Of a DNA stretch of 64,000 nucleotides, positions 1 through 8,589 are shown piece after piece (within the stretch, counting starts at the first letter, position 1; each line of letters opens with the position of its first letter). Under the pieces are notes generated by a model. The model was not told the DNA's origin, searched no databases, and worked only from the letters and a program-made list of their open reading frames with translations. The stretch is from contig CM097885.1 in assembly GCA_044892525.1 (NCBI GenBank), positions 11,224,001 to 11,288,000 of the forward strand. The letters are read 5' to 3'. This DNA is from Schmidtea polychroa. Taxonomy: Eukaryota. A program made the position numbers and the translations under genes.

Positions 1-290
1 TTTTCATCATAATTTTGGTCATAAAGCATTTTCATCATAATTTTGGTCATAAATCATAAAGCATTTTCATCATAATTTTGGTCATAAAGCATTTTCATCA
101 TAATTCTGGTCATAAAGCATTTTCATCATAATTTTGGTCATAAATCATAATAAATCATTTTCATCATAATAATTCATTTTCATCATAAATTTTCTTCATA
201 TTTTCATCATAATCATTTTCTTCATAAATCATTTTTTCATCAATTTTTTGGCATATTTTCATCATAAAATCATTTTCTTCAACAGTTTCA
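1..290. repeat. Degenerate tandem repeat, ~28-bp unit TTTTCATCATAATTTTGGTCATAAAGCA
   Basis: About five clear units, then decay into TTTTCATCATAA-like subunits. Confidence 0.8.
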
Positions 291-421
291 TTATAATTTT
301 TATCCAAATATTTAAAAAATTTTTTATCAAAATGTTTTTTTTTTTATGAAAATATTTAAAAAGTTGTTACGAAATTTTAATAAATTTTAATATAAAAAAT
401 ATAAAAATAAATGAATCTTAC

Positions 422-1212
422 ATTTCGATTCCATATCGGAATCAGAGTCCTCCTCATTAGAAGCGATGTCATTCATTTCGTCCATATTAGAACTATTATC
501 GGAATCATCATCTTCAGCAATTTCATAATCTTCGGCATCAATGTCAACATTGAAAACATTTGAATTTGAACATTTGAAAACATTTGAAACATTTTCTAAA
601 ATGAAAAATTAATTTAATAAAGTGAAAAATAATAAAATTTACTTTTTTCTTCGAAAACCTTGTTTTGCCCAACATCCTTAACTGGGGCATCAATAAATAT
701 CAAATCCTCATCGGCATTAATTTCTTCGTCTTCGCTAATAGTAATAATACTAGGTTCTAAATGCAAAAATTAATTTAATAAAAATTAAAATTATAAATTT
801 ACCGATGATATTTTCCGTATTTAAAATCGATTCGGCATTAATTTCTTCATCGTCGTCGCTAATAGTAATAATACTAGGTTATAAATGCAAAAATTAATTT
901 AATAAAAATTAAAATTATAAATTTACCGATGATATTTTCCGTATTTAAAATCTATTCGGCATTAATTTCTTCATCGTCGTCGCTAACAGTAATAATACTA
1001 GGTTCTAAATGCAAAAATTAATTTAATAAAAATTAAAATTATAAATTTACCAAAGATATTTTCTACATTTAAAAGCGAATCGTTTTCGGTAACCTCATAC
1101 CAGTCGAATGGTTCTAAATAAAATAGAATAAAATATAATAAAATAGAAAAAAAAAATTACCATTCGTCAAAAGACTTCTCAAAACGCGATCGTTATTATT
1201 GTTATTTTGCAT
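422..1212 (-). pseudogene. Multi-exon acidic protein gene (probable Polinton accessory gene) with tandemly duplicated exon-intron units; disrupted
   Basis: ATG at 1212 (MQNNNNNDRVLRSLLTN-EPFDWYEV...). Introns at 1114-1160, 1005-1050, 881-926 (acceptor mutated), 757-802 and 596-642, all 46-47 nt. In-frame TAG in one duplicated exon. D/E-rich product. Confidence 0.7.
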
Positions 1213-1544
1213 TTTAGCTAAACAGATTTTTGAAAAATTTAGAAAAATTGTGACAAATTTTAGATTTGTCGATGTTTATAAAGAGAATGAATATTTTCCT
1301 GTCCCAGCCAATGAGAATATAGACACACACACATATACACAGAATATTTTACTCTCTCAACCAATCACACACATGCATGTATGTAATGTAAATCAGTCAG
1401 AATTACATGTGACTGCCTTTGTTAGTCATGCCTTTGTTAACTTGCACTGTGCATGCCTCAGGCAAATGCAGTCTTTATGTTACAAATAATAATATTTATT
1501 AGAATAATAATAAAATTAATTAAAAATAATAATATTTTTCACAA

Positions 1545-1572
1545 TAATAATAATATTAATAATATTAATAAT

Positions 1573-1630
<58 letters not shown>

Positions 1631-1662
1631 TTAATAATAATAATAATAATATTAATAATAAC
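1545..1662. repeat. (AAT)n microsatellite
   Basis: Directly visible. Confidence 0.95.
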
Positions 1663-1720
1663 ACAACAACAAAGGAAAGGATACATTTATTAAACATCAA
1701 ATTTATTAAACATTTTTTCT

Positions 1721-2108
1721 TTAAACATCAAATTTTTTGTACAATAACCAAGCTAAACAATGTTGACCGCATGTTTGGGTCAAAGGATTTTGAAACATAG
1801 TTTTATTATACACAATAGGTTTTCCCATTGTTTGTAGTTTTGATATCAACAAAGCCGGGTAATAGAAACCCATAGGATCGAACACGAATATATTACCAGG
1901 TTTCACATATATAGCTATCCAATGTTCTCCACCAAGATGAGACGATTGAGTATTGACGATTATTGCTTGATTATTGCTCAAATATGGAATTTTATCAAGA
2001 GGAAAAACTCCAACAAATTCATTTCCCAATATCTGTTTTCCGATTTTATTGACCTGAACAGAACTATTTAAATAAATCCAGAGTATAAAAAAAAACAACT
2101 TACTCCAT
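1721..2108 (-). CDS. Adenain-like (C5) cysteine maturation protease; exons 2104-2108 and 1721-2063
   Basis: Catalytic His/Asp/Cys motifs GEHW, FDPMG and Q...TCGQHC. ATG GA|GTAAGT...TAG|T TCT (40-nt intron 2064-2103) gives MDSVQVNK. Confidence 0.88.
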
Positions 2109-2135
2109 GATAACTTTTTATGTTTCAATATACAT

Positions 2136-3356
2136 TTATACCAACACAGTTCTATTTGCAGTAATTTGAACTTCATTTTCAAATACTCCATATATTATAA
2201 CATGTACTGGTTCAGTAACAGCTTTTGCAAACTTTATATCCAGTCGTAAATTTCCATTTTGAGGTAATTGACTTTGATTTAAATCAAAATCAGGGGCTAA
2301 AACAAATGTAAAAAATGGGTATTTGCTTTTAAAATCTTCTAGAGTTATTCCGCAATTCAAATTTTTATCTAAATAACCCAGATTTCTAACAATACTCTGC
2401 ATATATGTCGCGCAGTAATTGTCATTCTCGAAATCTTGAATATATGTTTCTCTATAATCAGTATTTTTCGACAAAGTCAATGATGTAACACCAAAGTTTT
2501 TGAAAATTGAGCTGGACGCAGTATATGATCCATTATATTGTGCTTCACTTTGAAATGTTATCAGAATAAAATTAGGCATTCTTCTGTCACCAAATATTTG
2601 TTCTTTATAGAAAAATGAAGCACCTTTAGCAATAGCAAATTGTACAATTTCCTTTGTTTTTAAGGGATAAACTGCATGTTTTGAATTAAGACCCAATTGA
2701 TGACTAGCTAATACAGAGGGGTCTACTCGAACTCTTCTCACCAATAATTTTGCATCAACTAATTGACATATTGGTGCAGTAGTTGCACTAGTAAGAGATA
2801 ATGCAGAATCAGACCTTTTCAATCTAATATGTACATTAACTCCCGGTAGTAAATATTTCGGTTGATCCATAAAATCAAGTTGTAATGATGAGCACATGGT
2901 GAAAACCTTTGAGCCTTTTACCCACTTTTTTCTTTCATCATCACTGCCATAACCCATAGGAGTAAGACATGTATTTTTAGTATCGGAATTGTAATTTAAA
3001 ATAGTTTCTATTAATGCCTTGTGAATGAATGTATTATTTCCGCCCTCAATCTTGATATTATTAAATCCCAACACTGCATCTTTAAAAAGAGTATGAAACA
3101 GGAAATTGTTCGGTATTACATCTGCATTGGCATCCAAAACTTTTCTATCTTTATCTACAACCTTAATCTGAACAGTCAATAAAGTATCGTTCAAATCTAA
3201 ATATTCGGTTTGTGAACCATTAATATAAAACTCGATATCATTTCTACTATCTGTAATTGAATTCATAGGAAAAACTTCCTCAAATGCCCCAAATTCTATT
3301 ACAGCCTGGGGCGACGGTCTATCAAATATACATAATTCAGATTTACCACAAATCAT
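2136..3356 (-). CDS. Polinton major capsid protein (double jelly-roll, hexon-like), intact ORF
   Basis: 406 aa with KSELCIF, YLDLNDTLL, QPKYLLPGVNVHIRLKR and GNLRLDIKF motifs typical of Polinton MCP; adjacent to the protease. Confidence 0.9.
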   Translation of the reverse strand: MICGKSELCIFDRPSPQAVIEFGAFEEVFPMNSITDSRNDIEFYINGSQTEYLDLNDTLLTVQIKVVDKDRKVLDANADVIPNNFLFHTLFKDAVLGFNNIKIEGGNNTFIHKALIETILNYNSDTKNTCLTPMGYGSDDERKKWVKGSKVFTMCSSLQLDFMDQPKYLLPGVNVHIRLKRSDSALSLTSATTAPICQLVDAKLLVRRVRVDPSVLASHQLGLNSKHAVYPLKTKEIVQFAIAKGASFFYKEQIFGDRRMPNFILITFQSEAQYNGSYTASSSIFKNFGVTSLTLSKNTDYRETYIQDFENDNYCATYMQSIVRNLGYLDKNLNCGITLEDFKSKYPFFTFVLAPDFDLNQSQLPQNGNLRLDIKFAKAVTEPVHVIIYGVFENEVQITANRTVLV

Positions 3357-3724
3357 TTTGCAAATATAGTTCCATGTCCTTTCATTCGTTTGTTTATACG
3401 TGATATTCCATGTCTTTTACGTTTTGGAGCATGAGCTGGAGCTGGAGCTGGAGCTGGTTTTTGAAACATACCTGCAACCCCGGGTAAAACTTTCCCTAAT
3501 TCTGCTAAAGCTTTTGTTTTTAGAAATGGTAATATTTTCTGTTCATTCATAATAACATCTTTTGCAGTTTTCATACCAAAACTACCGATACGTTTAAGAA
3601 TAGGCAATGCAAATCTACCTATTGTTCTCAACCATCCTGATCCGTACTGTTTACCAATAAAATATGGTAAATCACCACCAGATTGGCTACCACTATACAT
3701 ACTAATAATATCAGAATTAGCCAT
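3353..3724 (-). CDS. Basic virion core or membrane-active precursor protein
   Basis: 123 aa with QSGG, QYGSG and MKGHG glycine motifs, an amphipathic helix WLRTIGRFALPILKRIG and a basic tail. Lies between mCP and MCP with start/stop overlaps; conserved in copy 2. Confidence 0.7.
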   Translation of the reverse strand: MANSDIISMYSGSQSGGDLPYFIGKQYGSGWLRTIGRFALPILKRIGSFGMKTAKDVIMNEQKILPFLKTKALAELGKVLPGVAGMFQKPAPAPAPAHAPKRKRHGISRINKRMKGHGTIFAK

Positions 3725-4750
3725 TTATTTTACGAAAATGTAATGTCAAATGAGTTTTTGAACCTTTTGGAAATTCGATTAATTGACCAGAATCATCTCT
3801 TATATTTATTTCTATATTGTTTATACAAGATGTTGAAACAGGTAAATACATGGGATTTTCTACATTGATTTGTACAACTTCATCTTGATCATGTTTTTCA
3901 ATCCATATAGATTTCATTAAAGGAACACTAGAATCACCAACAATAACTGGTTCCACGATATTACTGTAAATGAACATTTGCTGATGATTTTCGGTTTGTT
4001 TGTTCCTTCACAAATTTGTTCATTTTGTGTACATACTGGTTTAGTCAATCCTAATGTTTTTGTCAAATTTGAGTCAAATTTAACTTGACTAAGATTAGAA
4101 TTTATACTAAATCTAAATACTTTATCTTTTTGAAGCTCAAAAACTGTTAAAATCTCGCTACAATTGTCACCTAAATAAGTTTGTAATTGTTCGAGGTCTG
4201 TAATATATAAATTATCTTTAAAAGTATATGCATGCTCTGTTATTTCAAAGTATGATAGCTTAAATTTGAATTCAACTAAATTATTAGTTTTCGGAAGTGT
4301 AGAGAGATTTATTTTGACTGTATCATTAAATACATTACGTAAATCGGTAAATCCAAGACGTTTAGCATCAGCCACTGTAGAAAATATAATTTCGAATGGC
4401 TTATTCAAGCAATTCATGTATAAATATTGACCATCATCATAAATTATAGGTTTCCTTGATTTCGATGAACTCGTCAAGTTATAATTATCTTTATCAATAA
4501 GAACACTAATATATTCCGTTACTGCTACTTTCTTATTATATTCAAAAACAGACTTGCTATAGATTGGGAATAAATTGTATACAAATGTAAAATCCAACAG
4601 AGCAACTTCCCAGTCATTATCCAAATAGATAGGGTTTTGGAGTTCGATGATGAATTTGCTTGCTTGATTTTCTGGATGAATTAATGGACAACTATTGCTC
4701 GGCAAAATAGTATAAAAATTCACTTTACTATGTCTTTTGCTGATATCCAT
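3717..4750 (-). pseudogene. Minor capsid protein (penton-like), frameshifted near 3988
   Basis: N-terminal FYTILPSNS...WEVAL and C-terminal IVGDSSVPL...NIEINIRDDSG...LTLHFRK motifs are split over two ORFs. Small deletion relative to the intact copy 2 gene. Confidence 0.85.
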
Positions 4751-5352
4751 GACGGGTTTTGATAACCATGCCATTTGACATAGTATTGTTTATCCTTACC
4801 GACCTTTTTAGTTTTCAATATTTTTTGAATTCTAAATACTTTTGGATGTGGAATGACTTGTAATTCCTGCTCATAAAATTTCCCCTGTACAATATTATTA
4901 TCATTGTCTTTGATGACATACATTACAGGATTCTGTTTAGTATTTATTTTTGAAATTACAAAGACTTCATCACTCCAATTTGTATCAAAATTTTTAATAA
5001 ATGGTGATGCACTAATTTTACTAATTCTAACATGATCACCGACTTTATATTTAGGTTTTGTAATTTTTACAGATTTCTTAGAAGTCAATGATGTTTTTGA
5101 TGTAATATCAACCGGTCTCAATCCATTCAGTCCTCGATGTGATGAATGATTATAACTTGTTATTATTTTCGGTAAAGCATTTACCCATTTTTTATTACCT
5201 TGATGCACGAACAATTTCTTTAATCGATCTCTCAATGTTCGATTAAATCTTTCAACATGGGCAGCTTTGTATTGAGAATGTACCGAGTAGTGATTTATTT
5301 TCAGTTTATCGAGGATTTGCTTAACTTTGCTATTGTAGAATTCTTTACCTAA

Positions 5353-5434
<82 letters not shown>

Positions 5435-5850
5435 TTAATAATAATAATAATAATAATAATACCTAAATCTGTTTGCAAGTTATTAGGATGTCCATCTTTA
5501 AATAAAATATTAATTGCCTTGGACATTTCTTCTGCAGATTTTGCCTTGACCGGTATTGCTCGTGCAAACCTGCTGTATACATTAATACATGTTAAAATAT
5601 ATTTATTCCCATTGTTAATTTTCGAATATGGTATCATCTCCATCAAATCCATTTGCCATAAATCGTCAATACCAAATGTTTTATACGCTCTTGTTGGAAA
5701 TCTTTTCCGCATTGGTTTGTTCAAACTGTACGCAAGCTGATCTGATAACCACTTCTGGGTTTCTTTTTTCGAATTCGGAACTCTTTTGTTTAATTTTGCC
5801 ACTCCACCGAAACCGGCTTCGTCTTCTGGGTTCGTCCAAATCTTCTCCAT
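4720..5850 (-). CDS. Polinton retroviral-like DDE integrase with C-terminal chromodomain; intron 5349-5462
   Basis: WQMDL (D), QTDLG|KEFYN (D, restored by splicing), VERFNRTL (E), and chromodomain FRIQKIL...YYVKWHGY...SWI. Confidence 0.92.
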
Positions 5851-5908
5851 TACAACAAGAAGATTTAAAATTAAATTTAATGTCGGGCAATGAAGGAATA
5901 GCACCCAT
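5681..5908 (-). CDS. Small predicted N-myristoylated protein overlapping the integrase 5' end in another frame
   Basis: MGAIPS fits MGxxxS, followed by SSCC and RRRSR. ATG lies 3 nt after the upstream stop. Open at the same length in copy 2. Confidence 0.5.
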   Translation of the reverse strand: MGAIPSLPDIKFNFKSSCCNGEDLDEPRRRSRFRWSGKIKQKSSEFEKRNPEVVIRSACVQFEQTNAEKISNKSV

Positions 5909-5911
5909 TGT

Positions 5912-6445
5912 TTATGATTGATTTCCTACAACTCCACCTAATATTGATAATGCCAGAGGTATCAGGGCACCAATAAATCCACCTTGTTGTTTATATATAA
6001 TTTTCCTCATTTGCTTACGATTTTTATTATTTACTAAAGATAATAAAGGTTTCCTATGTTTGCTCAATAAATGCTTTTTTGATTTACTGATTTTAATTTT
6101 GCCTTTGACTACTTTAAGTATAATATTGAGTAAATCATCGACAACAAAATTTGGGAATGATTGCAATATATTCATTCTTTTCATACTCGGAGCCTTTAAC
6201 AATGCATTAAAAAATGGAAAACTGCGATGATTTTTAACTACTTTTTTACCGGTTTTACAGGTTTTACGGGTTTTACGTTTAGGTTTAGGATTTTTCGAAA
6301 TAAGATTCATTGCAGAGAAATTTTCAGTTACAAGTTTTTTAGATGGTGTATAACTAGTTGTTGGTGGAACTTTTGGAACTTTAATAGTCTTTCTAATACC
6401 TTTTCTTAATTTCCTAATATGTTTCACCCTTGCTTTTAGAAACAT
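5912..6445 (-). CDS. Lys/Arg-rich core protein precursor with adenovirus pX-like hydrophobic C-terminus
   Basis: Highly basic 177 aa ending QQGGFIGALIPLALSILGGVVG, resembling the GG-cleaved hydrophobic tail of adenoviral pX. Conserved in copy 2. Confidence 0.7.
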   Translation of the reverse strand: MFLKARVKHIRKLRKGIRKTIKVPKVPPTTSYTPSKKLVTENFSAMNLISKNPKPKRKTRKTCKTGKKVVKNHRSFPFFNALLKAPSMKRMNILQSFPNFVVDDLLNIILKVVKGKIKISKSKKHLLSKHRKPLLSLVNNKNRKQMRKIIYKQQGGFIGALIPLALSILGGVVGNQS

Positions 6446-6463
6446 TATTATTCATAGAGGTTT

Positions 6464-7090
6464 TCAACTTTGTTTATAAACCATGGCACCTTTTGGGTTG
6501 AAAATATCTGTTTTTACACGTAAATCATCTGGACATTGTTTTGTGAAATCAAGAAATATATATCCATGAGGTATTTTTGTAGCATCTTGAAATGCACTGA
6601 TAAGAAAATTACGATTGTTAGGGTATGCTTGACGTGCAAGAAAATCAATCACTGTTGCATCTCTAGGATTCTTGAAAATAACTAAATACTGTACATTTAA
6701 ATTACGTGTTCGATGTGCCCCACCTTGATGAAATAGATTTTGTGTTATGAAAATAACTGTTACACCGACATGTCTGCTGATCTTTGTAAATAAATTATTA
6801 AAATCTTTTTCTTTATTAGCTTCTTGATACAAATCATCGATAATAATGACATCACCCTTCTTTAATCGGCTGGACCAGTTTTTATCAAATCCCTTTACTA
6901 TTTTCATGTTTTTTAATTTACAGAAACTTGATTGAGTTAATCCATGTTCTTCATCAGCACCCCTATGCCAATAAATCCTGTTGAATTTTGATTTGAATAA
7001 ATTTGATTTTAGTAATTTACAAACAAATAATGTTTTTCCACTACCACTCGGACCAACGATTTGGTATACTGCATCATTTCTTAATTCCAT
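6464..7090 (-). CDS. A32/FtsK-HerA family genome packaging ATPase
   Basis: Walker A GPSGSGKT, Walker B IIIDD, plus SRH and ITQN motifs. Confidence 0.92.
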   Translation of the reverse strand: MELRNDAVYQIVGPSGSGKTLFVCKLLKSNLFKSKFNRIYWHRGADEEHGLTQSSFCKLKNMKIVKGFDKNWSSRLKKGDVIIIDDLYQEANKEKDFNNLFTKISRHVGVTVIFITQNLFHQGGAHRTRNLNVQYLVIFKNPRDATVIDFLARQAYPNNRNFLISAFQDATKIPHGYIFLDFTKQCPDDLRVKTDIFNPKGAMVYKQS

Positions 7091-7189
7091 TTCAAAAATT
7101 TTATATATGTATATTTGTTTATATTCGATGATTTAATGAACTCGTGCTCAATTTGTATATAAAGACTAATTTTCATAAATGATTTAATA
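7091..7189. promoter_or_regulatory. Divergent promoter between the ATPase (virion gene block) and the TBP-like gene
   Basis: ~100-bp head-to-head spacer with TATATAAA at 7156-7163 (+) and TATAAA near 7118-7123 (-). Conserved in copy 2. Confidence 0.55.
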
Positions 7190-7627
7190 ATGTTAGCAAA
7201 TATAAATTATCGAGGAAATTTTGATGTATCGAATATGAGGTTCCCACCAGGGAAACCCCAGCAAATTATCGATAGAAGCGGGAAATATCCGATAATATTT
7301 TTCAAGACTGGTAAATGCAGAATCATGGGATGTAAGAAACCTTTGGATATTAATAAATTACAATATCGAATAAATAATATTAAAATCCAATCAATTACCG
7401 TTACTATGGATATGGGACATAGTATCAATCTTTATAACATGTCGAAAAAATGTGATTGTATGTTTGAACCGGAATTGTTTCCGGCACTAAGACTATTAAA
7501 ATATAACCCTATATGTGTCAACGTGTTTGCTAGTGGAAAGGTTGTCATGCTGGGGTTGAGAAATTTGGACTATAGAGAATTTGTTGACAATGTTCGAAAT
7601 GAGATAATTTCATTGGTCGATTTCTAA
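7190..7627 (+). CDS. Virus-encoded minimal TATA-box-binding protein (TBP)-like protein
   Basis: Two TBP repeats: LANIN...IIFFKTGKCRIMG and KIQSITVTMD...FEPELFPAL...VNVFASGKVVMLG (compare TBP YEPELFPGL...LIFVSGKVVLTG). Confidence 0.85.
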   Translation: MLANINYRGNFDVSNMRFPPGKPQQIIDRSGKYPIIFFKTGKCRIMGCKKPLDINKLQYRINNIKIQSITVTMDMGHSINLYNMSKKCDCMFEPELFPALRLLKYNPICVNVFASGKVVMLGLRNLDYREFVDNVRNEIISLVDF

Positions 7628-7701
7628 TTGGTAAATTTCTAATTGGTTATTGATTGATTTAAACAAACGGTTTTTTGTTTAGAATTCATTTTTTCAACAC
7701 C

Positions 7702-7825
7702 ATGTACAAATTACCAAGCTCTGCAACTCTCATGAAAGATATCGACGATTCCGGTAAATTTAAAATTTTTATTTTCACATTATTTACTATTTATTATTTT
7801 AGAAAAATATTTAGAAGTTATGATA
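7702..7825 (+). pseudogene. 5' remnant of the intron-containing accessory gene that is intact at 27649-28065
   Basis: MYKLPSSATLMKDIDD, then a GTAAAT...TTTAG intron; truncated by a ~2-kb deletion relative to copy 2. Confidence 0.7.
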
Positions 7826-7958
7826 AATTGAGGACGTCCTCATAATCAATGTGATTACCTTCTATAATCTTTTCGGTCCGATCGACCAGGAAAATTAGGC
7901 TTTCCATAATATTCTTGTTGATGAGTTCTCTTAACATATTTTCCATTAAATTAGACAT
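7826..7958 (-). pseudogene. 5' remnant of Bcl-2-like gene
   Basis: MSNLMENMLRELINKNIMESLIFLVDRTEKIIEGNHIDYEDVLN, homologous to 29770-29903. Confidence 0.75.
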
Positions 7959-8063
7959 TTTTACAATATTTTAAAATATGATGTTTTATTTATACCAATA
8001 CTGTATGATTTTGATTGGTTGATAGACTATAAATGTAAAAGAAAGGTTTTGATTTGATACACC
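7959..8063. promoter_or_regulatory. Bidirectional CCAAT/TATA promoter shared by the Bcl-2-like and glycoprotein genes
   Basis: TATAAATAAA on the minus strand, central GATTGG (CCAAT) and TATAAAT on the plus strand. Same layout at 29904-30007. Confidence 0.55.
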
Positions 8064-8564
8064 ATGAAAACTCTATTCATATTGCTAATTATTATAACGA
8101 GTGTGTGCTCACACAATACAACAATAACAGTGGAGTCTTTTAATAAATCAATATGTGTTTGTCCGAATACAGCCAAGTTGATGGATATTTTATATATTCT
8201 CGATAAACCAAAATGGTCAAAGCATCCAGGAAAAAGAATATCTCAAAGATTGGAGAATTTAGAAAACAGTTATGAACTAACATTTGAATATATACAAAAT
8301 ATAAAAATTAAATTGATTGATCATATTGAGGTTTTCAATAACTCTATTACTGAAAATAAAAAGAATATGAAGATTATTGATAAGAAGCATGATTATTTGT
8401 TAAAAAAGATTGAATTATTATTAAGAGAAATTCAAACAATCAAAGGATCAATAGAATATCTGAAAATCAATTCAACGTTACCAATTTCTAACAATATTGC
8501 TGCGAATAGTAGTACATCAATATTTAGTTTACCTTTGTTAATTTTACATTATTTTATTGTTTAA
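8064..8564 (+). CDS. Secreted or GPI-anchored coiled-coil glycoprotein (viral accessory)
   Basis: Signal peptide MKTLFILLIIITSVCS, several N-x-S/T sequons, heptad-like middle, and small residues (ANSSTS) before a terminal hydrophobic tail. AATAAA follows the stop. Confidence 0.7.
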   Translation: MKTLFILLIIITSVCSHNTTITVESFNKSICVCPNTAKLMDILYILDKPKWSKHPGKRISQRLENLENSYELTFEYIQNIKIKLIDHIEVFNNSITENKKNMKIIDKKHDYLLKKIELLLREIQTIKGSIEYLKINSTLPISNNIAANSSTSIFSLPLLILHYFIV

Positions 8565-8589
8565 ATAAATGTATGTTTTGTTGATTTCT

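Noticed and set aside
1199..1489. 96-aa plus-strand ORF
   Set aside because: Non-ATG start, overlaps the presumed promoter of the minus-strand acidic gene, and has no motif support.
1453..1800. Poly-Asn ORF, and similar poly-Ile/Asn/Tyr ORFs at 14244-14426, 30608-30832, 61464-61714 and 62599-62886
   Set aside because: These are stop-free readings of (AAT)n/(TTA)n microsatellites with no other coding signal.
2109..2191. N-terminal extension of the protease ORF predicted by the ORF track
   Set aside because: It overlaps the MCP end and reads through the intron. The spliced ATG at 2108 gives a more plausible start that is conserved in copies 2 and 3.
5349..5462. Poly-Ile transmembrane segment in the integrase ORF
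   Set aside because: Bounded by GT...AG, and its removal restores QTDLGKEFYN, so it is better explained as an intron.
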